DNA of 64,000 bases, from assembly GCA_028534125.1 (NCBI GenBank), contig CM052817.1, positions 61,072,001 to 61,136,000 on the forward strand. The letters run 5' to 3'. This document shows, piece by piece, positions 13,705 through 27,605 of this stretch. The DNA is from Lama glama. Lineage: Eukaryota. Made by a program: the position numbers and the translations under genes. Position 1 is the first letter of the stretch. Each line of letters begins with the position of its first letter. Under the pieces are notes generated by a model that was not told where the DNA came from, searched no databases, and was given only the letters and a program-made list of their open reading frames with translations.

Positions 13705-15146
13705 TTTTNNNNNNNNNNNNNNNNNNNNNNNNNNNNNNNNNNNNNNNNNNNNNNNNNNNNNNNNNNNNNNNNNNNNNNNNNNNNNNNNNNNNNNNNNNNN
13801 NNNNNNNNNNNNNNNNNNNNNNNNNNNNNNNNNNNNNNNNNNNNNNNNNNNNNNNNNNNNNNNNNNNNNNNNNNNNNNNNNNNNNNNNNNNNNNNNNNNN
13901 NNNNNNNNNNNNNNNNNNNNNNNNNNNNNNNNNNNNNNNNNNNNNNNNNNNNNNNNNNNNNNNNNNNNNNNNNNNNNNNNNNNNNNNNNNNNNNNNNNNN
14001 NNNNNNNNNNNNNNNNNNNNNNNNNNNNNNNNNNNNNNNNNNNNNNNNNNNNNNNNNNNNNNNNNNNNNNNNNNNNNNNNNNNNNNNNNNNNNNNNNNNN
14101 NNNNNNNNNNNNNNNNNNNNNNNNNNNNNNNNNNNNNNNNNNNNNNNNNNNNNNNNNNNNNNNNNNNNNNNNNNNNNNNNNNNNNNNNNNNNNNNNNNNN
14201 NNNNNNNNTATATGCTCAGGAGCAGGATTCCTGGGTCATACGGTAAGTCTATTCCTAGTCTTTTGAGGAATCTCCATACTATTTTCCACAGTGGCTGCAC
14301 CAAACTGCATTCCCACCAGCAGTGTAGGAGGGTTCCCTTTTCTCCACAGCCTCTCCAGCATTTGTCATTTGTGGACTTTTGAATGATAGCCATTCTGACT
14401 GGTGTGAGGTGATACCTCATTGTAGTTTTGATTCGCATTTCTCTGATAATTAGTGATATTGAGCATTTTTTTCATGTGCCTATTGATCATTTGTATTTCT
14501 TCCTTGGAGAATTGCTTGTTTAGGTCTTCTGCCCATTTTTGGATTGGGTTGTTTGTTTTTTTCTTAATAAGTCGTATTAGCTGCTGATATATTCTGGAGA
14601 TCAAGCCTTTGTTGGTTTCATTTGCAAAAATTTTCTCCCTCTCTGTAGGTTGTCGTTTTGTTTTACTTATGGTTTCCTTTGCTCTGCAGAAGCTTGTAAG
14701 TTTAATTAGGTCCCATTTGTTTATTCTTGCTTTTATTTCTATTGCTTGGGTAGACTGCCCTAGGAGAACATTTTTTAGATGTATGTTGAGATGTATGTCA
14801 GATAACGTTTTGCCTATATTTTCTTCTAGGAGGTTTGTTGTATCTTGTCTTATGTCTAAGTCTTTGATCCATTTTGAGTTTATTTTTTTTTATCGTGTAA
14901 GGGAGTGTTCTAGCTTCACTGATTTACATGCTGCTGTCCAGTTTTCCCAACACCATTTGCTGAAGAGATTGTCTTTATTCCATTGTATATTCTTGCCTCC
15001 TTTGTCAAAATTAGTTGACCAAAAGTTTGTGGGTTCATTTCTTGGCTCTCTGTTCTGTTCCATTGGTCCATATACGTGTTTTTGCACCAATACCATGCTG
15101 TTTTTATTACTGTAGCTCTATAGTATTGTCTGAAGTCTGGGAGAGT
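13705..15146 (-). mobile_element. Young 5'-truncated L1 (ORF2 C-terminus), partly in assembly gap
   Basis: Minus-strand ORFs [24 protein letters not shown] and [15 protein letters not shown]...[18 protein letters not shown] (L1 ORF2p Cys-rich domain); poly-T at 13701; 15-bp TSD ggaaatgatagtttt at 13690-13704 and 15147-15161. Confidence 0.95.
13709..14208. other. Assembly gap (500 N)
   Basis: Run of 500 N. Confidence 0.98.
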
Positions 15147-15629
15147 GGAAATGATAGTTTTACAGAAGTTTTTTTGGCATATTTTCTATGTAAAACTTAG
15201 AATTGAATTTTCCTTCTATAAATAACTTTAAACATTTTCCTATAAGATGAAACTAAGAAGAGTTCAGCTCAGATCAGATTTTCCTTGGTTTTTGTTTATA
15301 GATGTGTAAGGAACAAAATTAGCCTCTTTCTTTTCTTCTCTCTCTTCCTTCTTATAAGCAGAGGCAGTAATTTATTTTCACCATGGATATTATTAGTTCT
15401 TAGTAATTTTTCAATTTTATCATTGCAGCTAGGCCTAATGGCAAGTCTCCAAAAGTTACATTTTTAAGGTTTGCATTTCCATTTTGATAATTCACTTTCA
15501 GGACTGGAGTTTACTCACAGTCCCAATTGTTTACTCACGTCTTATTTGAGTTGGGAAGTGTTCTTTCTGGCATATGGGTGCCAAGGCATAGATTCAACTC
15601 CCATATGATAAAATTTACGATTCTTTAAT

Positions 15630-15830
15630 GTGATTGTGACATTTAACACACCCCCAAAACCTCTATGAGGTATAAGTTACTATCCCCACTAAACAAATAA
15701 GAAAAATGGTCAAGACAGATAAACTGGCTTATTCCAACAAGGCCTTACGAGTAGTAACTAACAAACCAGAATCCAAACCTAGATCATGGAATTCGAACTC
15801 CAGTGTTTTCTCCACTTCATTACAGCTTAT
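15630..15830 (-). mobile_element. MIR SINE
   Basis: cctctatgaggtataagttactatccccact...agaatccaaacctagatc. Confidence 0.6.
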
Positions 15831-18437
15831 TATGTGCATTATTAATGCATCTTATCATTGAATGTGATAGCCAATGTATTTTCACTATGACAAATTTGTT
15901 ATCACAACAAACTAAACAACTCAAAGAGCACCCCGATTGCTAACTGACAAATTTCATTCTTGATATAAAATATTATTAAATGTCCCTTCCACCAGGCAAA
16001 GACCACTTTTCACAGCCTAGCTAAGAATATTTACATCGATTTTAACATGCCCCATGTGTCCATTTGATTGAACTCTTGTACTTACAAATGCATGATAAAA
16101 ATACAAATGATCAAAATACAAATACTACAGCAATAAAAATCTGTTGGCCTATAAGAAAGAGGCTTGACTGCACCCTTTATCTTGATCAAAAACACACTAG
16201 CAGGAAAAGGCTTACTTTTTGTTAATGTTGAAACTTTTCTCAGTAATTGAGTTTTTTTTTTTTGTAAACTGTCAGCGTTTATTCTGAACTGTGAATCACA
16301 ACTGAAATCTCTGTAACAAACAGAGGCGACACTGTCTAAACTTTGACAGGATAGAGGGATAGAAAGGGAAAATGGGATGAAAAATTAGATATATTAGATC
16401 AAACAGAAGAAAGTATAAGTATATTTTATCCCATATTTCACATAGCTATAACAGAGTTATTCGTGATTCTTTTGTTTCTTTTATTTGTTCTCAGTATTCA
16501 ATCACATTTTCAATACAAATTATCGTATTATTTTGCAGAAACTTTTTGTGGTCCTTGGTGGATTTATTCAGCTAATTAATGTTTAAAAAGAATTACTGAA
16601 AGCAAATATTGCAAGAAATAATTTCCAAAATGAAATTTATACACTTGAAAGCTGACTCCTACAAAAATGATTTGGCTCTATAAAAAAAGAAGCAATCCAT
16701 CAGCTCCACAGACCCAGACATGGGACCTGATAGGATTTCTTTTTCATAGGAAATTACTGCTATGACTGATTCTTGTTAACCCTAGGGGGAAAAAAATCTG
16801 GTGGCAAGGCCTAATCAGAGACTGAAACAGAATGTTCTATTGTTTGAAATGATTGTCTTTGTGTAGTAGTTGAAAGACAAATTAAATGTGTTAGAATCAA
16901 GTGAAATATTCATTTTCCCTTTGACTTCACAAGCAACCTCACCTTAACTGAATTACTACTAAGTGCCTTTGCCCCTGAACTCCTCTCACATCCTGATAAT
17001 TAAATATATAACCCATACCTCATTTTTATTTAGACAGACAGTGGAAGACTGTTTGCTGGTCAGAATTAACATGCCCTGTCCTAACACCCCTTCCTACCTG
17101 TATTCGCTGCCTCATCCGTTCCCTTAAACCATCCCATGCTGCTGAAGGCTGTGTCAGACACAAATCCCTACTGCCATTATGAGAATTAACCGAGATAATA
17201 CATGTCAAGCAAATAAAATAATACTTCTTGAAGTTAGACCTCCACAAGTGTTCCTTCTTATGATGAATAAGATTACTGTAAATGAAAAATATTTTAACAT
17301 GTTATTCTTTAGTTTATAGACACTGTGAAGGCACGATTTGGATTTTTAGATAGTAATTTTTAACAAAATACTTTTTTATGGTTACAGATTTACCTCAGGT
17401 GAATTCTCAAATTATTTTTACTTCTCTTCCTTCAGTCTGTTAAATCTTATTCCTCAGAACTTGCTCTGCTGTCATACAGCTGTTACAAAAGAATGAAGCT
17501 CAAGTTAAAGACAAGCCTTTTCTAGAGCCATCAGAATTTGTAGTGATGTAAGCCAGCAAGTGGGCCACTGTATTAGCTACTGATGCTATTAATTTATGGT
17601 CCTCAGTGCTATCTCCAGCACACTAAACATGCTGTTTTGAAAATTAAGACACTAAAGCAGCCAAGACAATTTTTAAAAGAATTTCTCCTTCTAGGTCCTT
17701 CTTTCCCTACCACCATTTTTTTATTTTTATTTATTGTCTTAGAGAACTGCCTTATGGCTTATTTTTGTTCACCTAATTAAGTTGGAAACCCATCTGACTT
17801 TACGACTACAAGAATATTTGTCAATATACTGGTGGTTTGCATGTTTTCCCTGCTTCTTAATGCAGCAATAATTTCTTGTTCTTGTTTTTGCTTAAAAAGT
17901 AGAATTGGAAAGCATTCCACTATGTAAAGTAGATGCTTTCTTAGTTCTAACATTTAGATTGTCAAGGTAATATTCTATACACCCAGACGTAATTATAGAC
18001 ATTTTTCATGTGGTTATGCTGAATTAACCTTGGTGTTTTCATCTCTGCTTAAAATTAATGTCTTATGAAATCAGGTTCTCCCTCTGCCATACAATGTCTG
18101 TGGCACAATGTAATGTTCAGAGCCCATCTTTTAGAATACCCACTATTTAGGTTTAGTCTTCTTCATGGAATGAGTAGCTAGTGATATCATTGTTCTTTCT
18201 TTATGCCGGTGAAATCAACATTTTCTCATTTTACCTCCTGAATACAACCCTGATGAGACATTTGAAAGATATTTGCTTACAAAAATAAATGAATTCATTT
18301 TCCTCTCAATCATAAATCAAATCTTCCTGGGAATCTTCCACTTTTTTTTTTACTGTAACTTCCTACTCTTCATTCAACATTTCAGAGAGAATTGACTTTG
18401 ATATTATAATGTCTGTGTCTAGTGACGGCTGGTTAAA

Positions 18438-18458
18438 ACACACACACACACACACACA
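18438..18458. repeat. (AC)10 microsatellite
   Basis: Direct reading. Confidence 0.95.
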
Positions 18459-21400
18459 GAACTTCCAATCTGAGCCTTCTGTGAAACAGAATTCAAAGCT
18501 GCTCAGTTGCTGACAAACTTCAGGGATTATTTATCTCATACTGATTCCCATGTTCCTACAAGGAACATATTTATTTTGATGTATAAACTAGGAATAAGAT
18601 AACTAAAACTGAGGGTTGTCATTTAAAGCAAGCCCTTTCTTCTAGCCCAGCAGGCCATGGGGTGTCAGGCTCAATGCTGACCTTAGAGGTTCCTGTGGTA
18701 GCTAGATCTACCTGGAATCTCACTTAAATGTTCTATATTCTCACTTAAATGCTTATTTCATGTGGAACCCGTGCTTTCTATCCCCCACAATTGTGTACAC
18801 ATTTTGCATGGCTTCCTTTGAGACCTGAAACAATTTTTCTCCCCAAAGGACTAGTCTTATAGAAATACGCATACCATGGGTTTGTTTTTTCTCTTTGCGG
18901 TTCTCTAACCTATATGATCTTTCTAAAAAAACTTTAAGGCAGTCATCCACTGCAATACTTACACGCTTTGTCTTTCACAGCCCCCATATATAGGTACAGA
19001 TTTTATTGTGTAAGAATTTATTGTTACTTCTCGTAGCCAGCAACAATAAAATAAATCTATCTCGTGGAATTCAATACATATGTATTTCTCTCATTCACTG
19101 TGACTAAACCTACTTTAAATTAGGTTTTATTTAAAAAAACAAAATGTGTGATGACAAAAATTATAAACTGAGAGAATAAGTAGATTAACTATCTTGTAAA
19201 TACAAAAATTAAATCCTCATTCCACTGCCCTTTCCTTCTGTTAAAAGTTTCCATTGGGGGAGAGTTTTTATTCTTGTTTTTTGGCATTAGTGAGAAATGG
19301 AATTGTTTATTTTTTATAAAATAAATTTTAAAACTTGAAAGTAGTGTGTACATCCACAGATACAGTATTTATGTTGTTTGGTTTTAATTTTAATTTTTGC
19401 TTTTGTTTTTGTCTTTATCTGTGAGCAACATTCAAATCTGCAAATTGCTTCAAAGATACTTGCTATGGTGGTGACACCACATTTTCTCCTTAATTCTTTG
19501 CTGTCAGCAGAATTTTGTTATTCAAAGTATGTTAAAAGTGTATAGTAATTAAAATGAAATATATAATAGTATATCTATTGGATCCATGTATTTTCATTTC
19601 AATGTGAAAAATGTATAGGAATATTCAGGTCTTAATAGGATGGTCCCACATTCCCAAATACTTTTTCCCATGACTATAATTAACACACTTATTAAGAAAA
19701 TTCCAGTAAAATTTAACCAATGTGGAAACTTCTCTTTGCTGTGATTTTCTCCATGTCCTGGAAAAGCAAGACAAACTAAAGATCACTCTAATTTTATATA
19801 CTATTACTAAATATACAATAATGACATCATCTAATTTAAAATGTGGGATATTGTAATAAAATAGTTCTGAATCATTTTTGCTTCATAAGCAAAAAGTAAT
19901 ATGATTTTTCAATTTTATTTAAATTTGATTAAAGTGTTGCCTTGAATTTATACATAATTATCCCATGTGCGCTACATCTTTTCCTTATCCATTCATGTTT
20001 ATATTTAAATATTTCATTGTTGTATTTCCTTTAAGCCACCTGGGATGCTTTCTGAAATGAGGGATAATATGAAAAATTAAAATACATTTTGAAATAAATA
20101 ATGACATTTCAAATGGAAAGATAATAAATTTACTCAAGTGGAGCAATATTATAATAAACTTGTAAACCACAAAATAATATATCTTATAAAAGTAACCACC
20201 TTTTTAGTGGGAATTCATGTCTATATTTTTTAAGTTGGAGTATTTTCCTTCAAGGGGTTCCAAATTGTCCAAATTTTGCCTATGCAGTGACAACCCTCAT
20301 CCAAACTAAAACCCAGAGCTGTGACAAGGAAACTCAGCCCAGTGCTAATTGTATGTGAAATTCAGTCCCAGGCATCCTCAGCCAGATCATATGTTACAGC
20401 CACTACATTTCTGAATTCTGACACAGCAGGCAGGCAGGGAGGGATCCCACTCCTCAAGGCAAATGCTTCTCACCCTCTAAGGACAGTAGGTCTCCCCCAA
20501 ATAACCTCTCATTCTGAGTCATGGCTCAGAGAGACCAAGAGATCCCCCGAGAACAAGCCGCAGTCATGCCCTTTTGAGCTGACAATAGCATTTGGCCATC
20601 AAATTCAAGGTACATACTGAGCATAAGTAAAAGAAAGAAAATATTAAAAAGTTATCAAAAGTTTTAAAATGTCTCACAGGGAGATTTCAAGTTTATTCTT
20701 CTGTTATAATAAGTTGTGACTGAAGATCAGCATCTTTCTAAAATAAAAATGTATAAACCTTGTTTCAGAAACAACTAGCTTTGGAAAGGATATACTTTAT
20801 TTTGTATACCGTCTGAAGATTGTTGAAATCTTCCCAATAATACCAGTTCAGCAAATAATAAGTCTGTGAAAAACTATGCCTTTTTTTCTAATTGGCATGC
20901 AAAAAAAGAAAAAAAGAAGAAAAGGAAAGAAAAAATAATCCAAAATAAAATGATTAAGGTTATGTCATCTATCATGGCTTTTATTTTTTGAGACAATTTG
21001 CAATTGTTCTTTGAGAAAATGCAATAACCCTTTAAATTAATAATCATATTGATTTGGCAAACCTTACTCTGAAGACACAAATCAGTCAGCTGAGTCCCAG
21101 AAAAAGGCTGCGTTCTCTTTGTGTTTTGCTTTTTATTGTCAATTCATTGACAATAGATGTTTGCTTGCTGCATTTAAGAAAAGAGAGGTCTCTCTTTTCA
21201 GCAAAGGCTTATGTCAGATTTATTTTCTACAAATAACAGTGTTAAAGGACTTTGAAATAACTATCAACAATCACCTTAAACCAGTGCAACATGGGTTACT
21301 GACACCTGAAACTTCCATTGCTTATAAAATCACGATCTTCAAAAGCAGTGGCTATTGGATCACTTGTCTCTAAACGCCATCACTAAAAACAATAAGCTAG

Positions 21401-22233
21401 ACTCTCAACTCAAAGAGTTCCTTTCTTCTTTTGAATCTCACAGAACAAAAATCTGACCCACTGTGTAAATATTCACTAGTACATCCTTTAAAATGTACAT
21501 TGGATTGTATACAGTTTGTGCTTTGAGTTTTTTTTTTTCTTTTCTTTATCATGTCCAATAGAGATCTCTGAGAAGAGAAACTTGGCCCTTACAACACTAC
21601 CATTTTCCAGGATGTCTGCCAAGTGAGTACTTAGGAGGATGGCCTTTGGGCTGGGAGGAATGTGTTATCCTCTCTCTGGCACTAGACACAATCCAGGAGG
21701 CTCCCAGGAGGATAGGCTCCGTTATCTGATAGCTCTTTTCCATTTCTGACTAAATAGATGTCAGGAGTTTCCAAGGGGTTAATATTTCAATTTAGCCCAA
21801 TAAATACACTTCTGTAGCTGCTTCCGTGAACTTAGCATGTCATATTTTTATTATTTTTAGTTTCTTATTCTTAGAAATGTGATTCATCTATAATTGATTT
21901 GTCTAATTATAAAAGAAAAAGAAGGTTTTCATCCTTCATTGACTCCAATTAGCAACCTCTCAATGTAGCTCCATCTGGATTCATAAGAGAAAGAGTGGTT
22001 CACTTCTGCCCTTTGCAACTTACCGTATTTATAGACTTTGGGGGAACTTAGGAATCCTATTTTGTCATAACCACAGGTAATGTTTTTAAATAATATTTAT
22101 CTTTTCTATATTTTATCAATTTAATCTCCCCTAATTTATGTTCTTTTTTCAAAAGTCAGTTTACACAATTATTATTATATTTTACAACCTCAATAAAACA
22201 TAGTATGAACATCATTAGTGACATGATTTAGGC

Positions 22234-22425
22234 CAAAGTTTGCAACCACTTTGCAATGGTTAAAGTAATTTAGAGAATTTTGTTCCGATACTGATGCCAG
22301 GGCCTCATCCCCTGAGATTCTCATTTAATAAATTTAGGCTGGGGCCGCAGCATTTCTGTTTTTTAAAAATAATTGTTGTAAGTGCTCCAGGTAACCTAAT
22401 GTGCAGCTAAGGTTGAGAAGCACTG
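22234..22425. mobile_element. MER5A-like hAT-Charlie non-autonomous DNA transposon
   Basis: Ends ctccaggtaacctaatgtgcagctaaggttgagaagcactg; 8-bp TSD atttaggc / atttaggg; ~190 bp. Confidence 0.8.
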
Positions 22426-22789
22426 ATTTAGGGCCTAAAGAGGAACTTAGATGCCTTTCTTTGAGTTAGTGATTTCCAAAAGGACAGAGTAAACTGTAAC
22501 CATGAAGCCTGACAAACTATAAAAAAAAACAAACCCAAAAAACAGTCCTGTTGTAATGTTTAATGATGAACTTCATGGAGTGTCAAAACATTCCCTACCA
22601 CTCTAAGTATATGTTTCCCAGGCCCAGTGAGCAATGGAGCTATTACCTAACTACCTTGTATTTCTCCTCTCCTTTATTCCCTATGTTCTGGGAATTTCAC
22701 AACCCATTAATGCCTGAAGCAAGACGTAGGGAAGAAAGAGAACTTGCAAGGGAGGAAAAGAGAAGGAAACTAACACTCGCTGAGCTAGA

Positions 22790-22980
22790 GCTACCAGGAA
22801 TCAGCATTGTCATCTTCGTGGTTTTCTTTAGTCCTTTCAACCATTGTGAGGTATATGGTATTATATCCATTTTAGGGGTAAGAAAAACTGTTTCAGGATG
22901 ATTGGGAAGTTTATCCAAGGTTGTATCATTAATAAATGGTGGATAAAGGATTCTAACCCACGATTCTCTTCATGTTATTT
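22790..22980 (-). mobile_element. MIR SINE
   Basis: tttagtcctttcaaccattgtgaggta...ccattttagggg...aggattctaaccca. Confidence 0.6.
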
Positions 22981-23829
22981 CCAACTCTAAAGAAAGATCA
23001 AAGATTTGTTTTGTTATTCTTCACCGGCAATGGTGAATGGAGAAAGAACAAGACGGAGAAGGGAGATATGAAAGAGTACTTCAGCAGAAGCTTTGTGATT
23101 ATCTTGGGACTTGAAGCCAGAGAATTTTCATGCCACCACACACAGTGACCACTCAATTTTACACTTAGTGCAAAAAGTAAGCTGCTACAGCACACTGCAA
23201 ACCATGAGGCTGAAAGTGCGTGTGTGGCCACACAGCACACAGGGAAAATGCACCTCACCTGACACGAGAGGGGCTTCTCCCTCAGTGCGGCTCCCTCTGA
23301 CTCCACGGCCTAACTGGAGGGCAATCTCCAAAAACAGAGATGGAAATTAAGAAGAGCAGACAGGAGAAAGGAAAGCTCTTACATCACGTCACTCAACCAC
23401 AAAACCTAGGTTATTCTGGTTAACTTGCTCTACCCTCTACAGAAAATGAAAACATCCTTCCTCATTCTCTACCACCCTCCTCTGGTCATACAGCTCTCAC
23501 TTGCCCAGACTGAAGGAAAGCTTGGAGAGGCTGTGTGATTGTTGCGGGGTGTGTGTGTGCACGTGCACATACTGCAATCTCATATTGTGTGTATATGAAG
23601 AGAGAAAAGTTTGAAATCAAACTCATGCAACAGTTAGAACTTGTGTAAGAACTTAGCTCTCGTGGCAAGGTCTTGGAACTGGAAGCTATGAGAAGCCATG
23701 CAAGGTCCTTTTTTGGGCAAACAGAGGTTACACCTTATCCTGATGACAAGCTGGACAACCTACATGCTGTCATGGAGAAAAAATATAAGAAATGAACATT
23801 CCAGTATTATTAACATGTGCTTCCATGAT

Positions 23830-24230
23830 TCAGTTTAAAATACTGAACCTACTATGTATTGGGCACTGTCCTGGGTGGCAGGGGATATAGAAATGACTGA
23901 GATGAATCTTTGCTCTCAAGAAGCTCACTGTCTAACAGAAGAGATAAACATATGACATTTCAGTAGAGATGATTATAACCTACAATAAATAGTGTTAAGG
24001 GGTAAGTAACATGGTGAGCCTGAAGAGGGAGATGGACTGGAGAATGCTTCACTTTCTGCAACTGAGTCGTGAAAAATGAATTAAGAATTTCCCAGGTAGA
24101 CATAAACACAGAGTTAACATAAGAATGAGGACTATGTTAAGGAATAGAGGAATGAAACCACAGAGAACTACCTGAATGCCTATTTGTTCAGATAAAGTTA
24201 AGCATATGAGGGGCTATTGTATAATATTGG
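23830..24230 (-). mobile_element. L2 fragment
   Basis: tactgaacctactatgtattgggcactgtcctgggtggcaggggata...tgctctcaagaagctcactgtcta. Confidence 0.7.
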
Positions 24231-24413
24231 GGTGAGGCCTAGGTGGAAGCCATTTAAGATTCAGCTCTGATATTCTGTAGGTGGGTAACATTGGGCAAGT
24301 CAGGTGCTCAGAGTTTCTTTTTCCTCTTTTGTAAAGCAGACAACACTGCTTGCACATGATAATGTGGAAGTATCTTTAGGGGACCCAACTCAATCTTCGG
24401 GAGTGGTGCCTTT

Positions 24414-24554
24414 TTATTTAATTGAAATACAGTTGATTTACAATATTGCACTAGTTTCATGTGTATAGCATAGTGATTTGGTGTGTTTGTTTGTTTGTTT
24501 GTTGTTTTGTTTTGTTTTTGCAGATTATACTCCAATATAGGTTATTACGAGATA
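24414..24554 (-). mobile_element. 5'-truncated lineage L1 3' end
   Basis: aattgaaatacagttgatttacaatattg (antisense L1 terminus); TSD gggagtggtg(c/a)cttt at 24399-24413 and 24555-24569. Confidence 0.85.
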
Positions 24555-24689
24555 GGGAGTGGTGACTTTGAAGGAAAAAAAGTGTAAGGCTGAAAGATGA
24601 GAAGATGGGATAAAATACCCAGGCTAAGATAAGGCAAGGCTTGGAAGTGAAAGAAAAAGATGGTACTTTTGAAGAATTAAAAGTTCATA

Positions 24690-24930
24690 TTTGTAGATAT
24701 GTAGAATTCTACAGGCATATGTAGAATACATAAACAAGATTATACTGTATAGCACAGGGGAAATATTACAAGACCTTGTGGTGGTAGCTCACAGCAAAAA
24801 AAAAGTGACAATGAATACATGTATGTTCATGTATAACTGAAAAATTGTGCTCTACACTGGAATTTGACACAACACTGTAAAATGACTATAACTCAGTAAA
24901 AAAAAGTTTAAAGTAAATAAATAAATAAAT
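24690..24930 (+). mobile_element. 5'-truncated camelid-type L1 3' end
   Basis: tatactgtatagcacagggg...gaatttgacacaacactgtaaaatgactataactcag followed by an A-rich/(TAAA)n tail. Confidence 0.85.
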
Positions 24931-27374
24931 AGTTCAATATGGCTAGAACAGGAAGGAGCAATACTGAAAATTGAGGCTGTAGTGGTAAGATCACGGAAAA
25001 TCATGAGTTGGGACTTGAGCTGATGGCCTGATGGTAAAGTACTGAGGATTTTTTGTTTGTTTGTTTGTTTGTGTTTTGCTTGGTTTTGTTTTGCTTTGAT
25101 TTTAAAGCAGAGAAGTAACTGGATTGGATTAGCTCTTCAGAATCTAAGGTGGATTATGATGCAAGGCGGGGAGTTAACTGGAGGAGAGTTAAGCTGAACT
25201 TCCACAAACCAAAGAGAGCATAGTTCCAGTCAATGCAGTGAGACCTGAAGGTGGGATAAGCTAAGGTAGTATAAATGGAACACTCTGGTTTCTCTTCAAA
25301 TCACACAAATCTTCCGTCTTTTCTCCAGGGGTCTTAAATACAGCTACCTCTCCTCACTGTTTACCAACACATTGCAAAGGTTTTTATTCCTTGGCTCAGT
25401 TTTTGTTCCCTGCTTTTACTTAATTTAACCTATGTTCATTTTTTTAATTTGTTTTTAGTATCGTTCACATCAAAATAGAAAATTGTGTGACTATTGCGTA
25501 GCTACAAAGTATATTCAGAGATGTATACGAGTGTCACACTTGTATTGATAACCAAGAGAAATACAGTATCTGCTCTCACTTGCAAGGTCTAGTTCACTGA
25601 TTTGGAAGAGCTGTTCCCACTGTCTGTAGATTTCAACTGCTACTGAGCAGCTTTTACACAAAGCAATGTTTTCCCGTTCTCTACTCCTTAATTTACTTAA
25701 CAAACTAATATTTTGTTTTTACTGCTTTTTAGGGTATGGATTTTTATACAATAAATACAAATTTTTCAAGACAGTAGCTGCACCAGGATTACACTTGTGC
25801 TGGAAGAACAGGGTCATCAAGGTTATACCAAATTGCTCGATGATGGATTATCCCAGACAGCATTTCCCCAAATCTTTATACAGTATGTCACAAACAGGTC
25901 AAAGATCATGTTACTTTTCTGCTGGCCCTCTGTCTTGAGATGCTCGCTCTCACTCTGGGTTATGTACCAGAAGAAGGCAAGAGAGTTTACAGAGGTTTGA
26001 AAAATAAATCACATGAGAAGTCCTAAGAATGCAGGCACCTAAACTGCAACTGAAATGTTGCCTAGGAATCTAGCAATATACATCAAATGAAGGGCAAGCT
26101 AAGATATAAAATAACTGTTAAATATTAAGTGAGGTGGGTCTCCTTGATTTGGCAAAGAGCAGAGTGACTTCAAAGTAATTTATTATCTACAGAAAGCAAA
26201 AGAGTTATTTTGGCAAATGAGGAAACAATACTAAAACAATACTTCTTTCATTTCCAAGAATTCTTCTGTCTACAGTGTGCTGCTTGACTCTGTCATAGCA
26301 CAATCTCTCCCTCCTAAGAATTCCATGTGATTTAAAGCTCTTCCATATTAAGCTTTATGTCTTAATGTTATACAGAAATAAACTTTGAAATTAAAGTAAA
26401 AATAGTAATTTGACATTTATTCATCTCATTTCACTTCAAAGTTACAAAAATATCATTATTTTGAAACTATTTTGGCAAACTATTTTTAATATCATTCTAA
26501 TAGCAGCTACTCCAGTTACATATAATAAATTTTAAAAACCCTTGAAGTACTCTACAGAATACCTCACATATATCTGCCAAATCTCACATAACATTTACTG
26601 AAATAGGAAAAATGCTTTCTTCACTCCTCAGTGACACAGTATGCAAACTTGCTGTGTCAATCACTGTGTCAAAATTGCTATTTTATCTCAATCCAGGAAG
26701 AAATAAGTTTTCCTTACCTATATTCCTAAACAACCAGTGATAGTTTACATAATATTAATAAGAATATGTAAAAATCCTTAAATATGTATTTGTACCAATT
26801 TTATCTTTCTATTGTCAAAATGAAACATTAGAAAAAACTTTTAATTTCATGTTCTTTATATTTTTATCATATTTTTTCTTGCCAGAATTGAAAGCACTAG
26901 AATTTTGTAAATATTATGTTAGTTTTCCAATATAGAAACAATCTTTGTGCTCTGAAATTATAAACAGATTAAATGTCAAAATAAATTTATAAAAGTCATC
27001 AAAGTATTATAATACTTCATAATCATTCTACAAATAGAATCTAATCTATCAGAGTCTACTTCATTCTTTTAAAAAAGAGTTAAAGCAGCACTTCAAAATA
27101 TGTAAGTAATCACTCATGTTATATATTTTATTTATAGTATCTTATGTTAAAGTAAGAACTTAAATATGTATATGCTTTCAAGAGTGAGGAATCTCATCTT
27201 CAAGTAACCACTAGGGCAGTGTTTCTAAAAGAAGTTGAACTCTCCACTACAATGCCCAAGGGCAATCAACCTCCTCTAAGCTTTGCAATCACCCTGAGTT
27301 CACCAAAAGCTTGTATTGACTAAATACTGAAAAATAGAGAGGGCCTGCACAGGGCTGATTGTGCTGGGGGATAC

Positions 27375-27605
27375 AGGCATTGCAAAGCAGTTAGAAGCAC
27401 AGACCTGGAGTGATTACTACTTCTTTAATCCCTGCTCTACCATTTGCCACATGTATGATCTGGACCAAGTTATGTAACCTTTCTAAGCTTCAGTGTCCTA
27501 ATCCATAGGTCAGAGGGTGCACCTTCTTCTTAGGTTTATTGTGAACATTCAGTGACGTAGTCCATGAACCACACTTGATATAGTGCTTATCACAAAGTAT
27601 AGGCT
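27375..27605 (+). mobile_element. MIR SINE
   Basis: aatccctgctctaccatttgc...ggaccaagttatgtaacctttctaagcttcagtgtcc. Confidence 0.75.

Noticed and set aside
13593..14438. 281-aa and 196-aa ORFs
   Set aside because: Length is an artefact of translating through 500 N; the real part is the L1 ORF2p C-terminus.
14609..15115. 168-aa hydrophobic plus-strand ORF
   Set aside because: Antisense of L1 ORF2; T-rich codons mimic membrane proteins.
18718..18752. 13-bp direct repeat tctcacttaaatg x2
   Set aside because: Simple local slippage duplication with only two copies; not an array.
25515..26000. Overlapping short ORFs and an acceptor-like site near 25732
   Set aside because: No recognisable peptide and no consistent exon chain.
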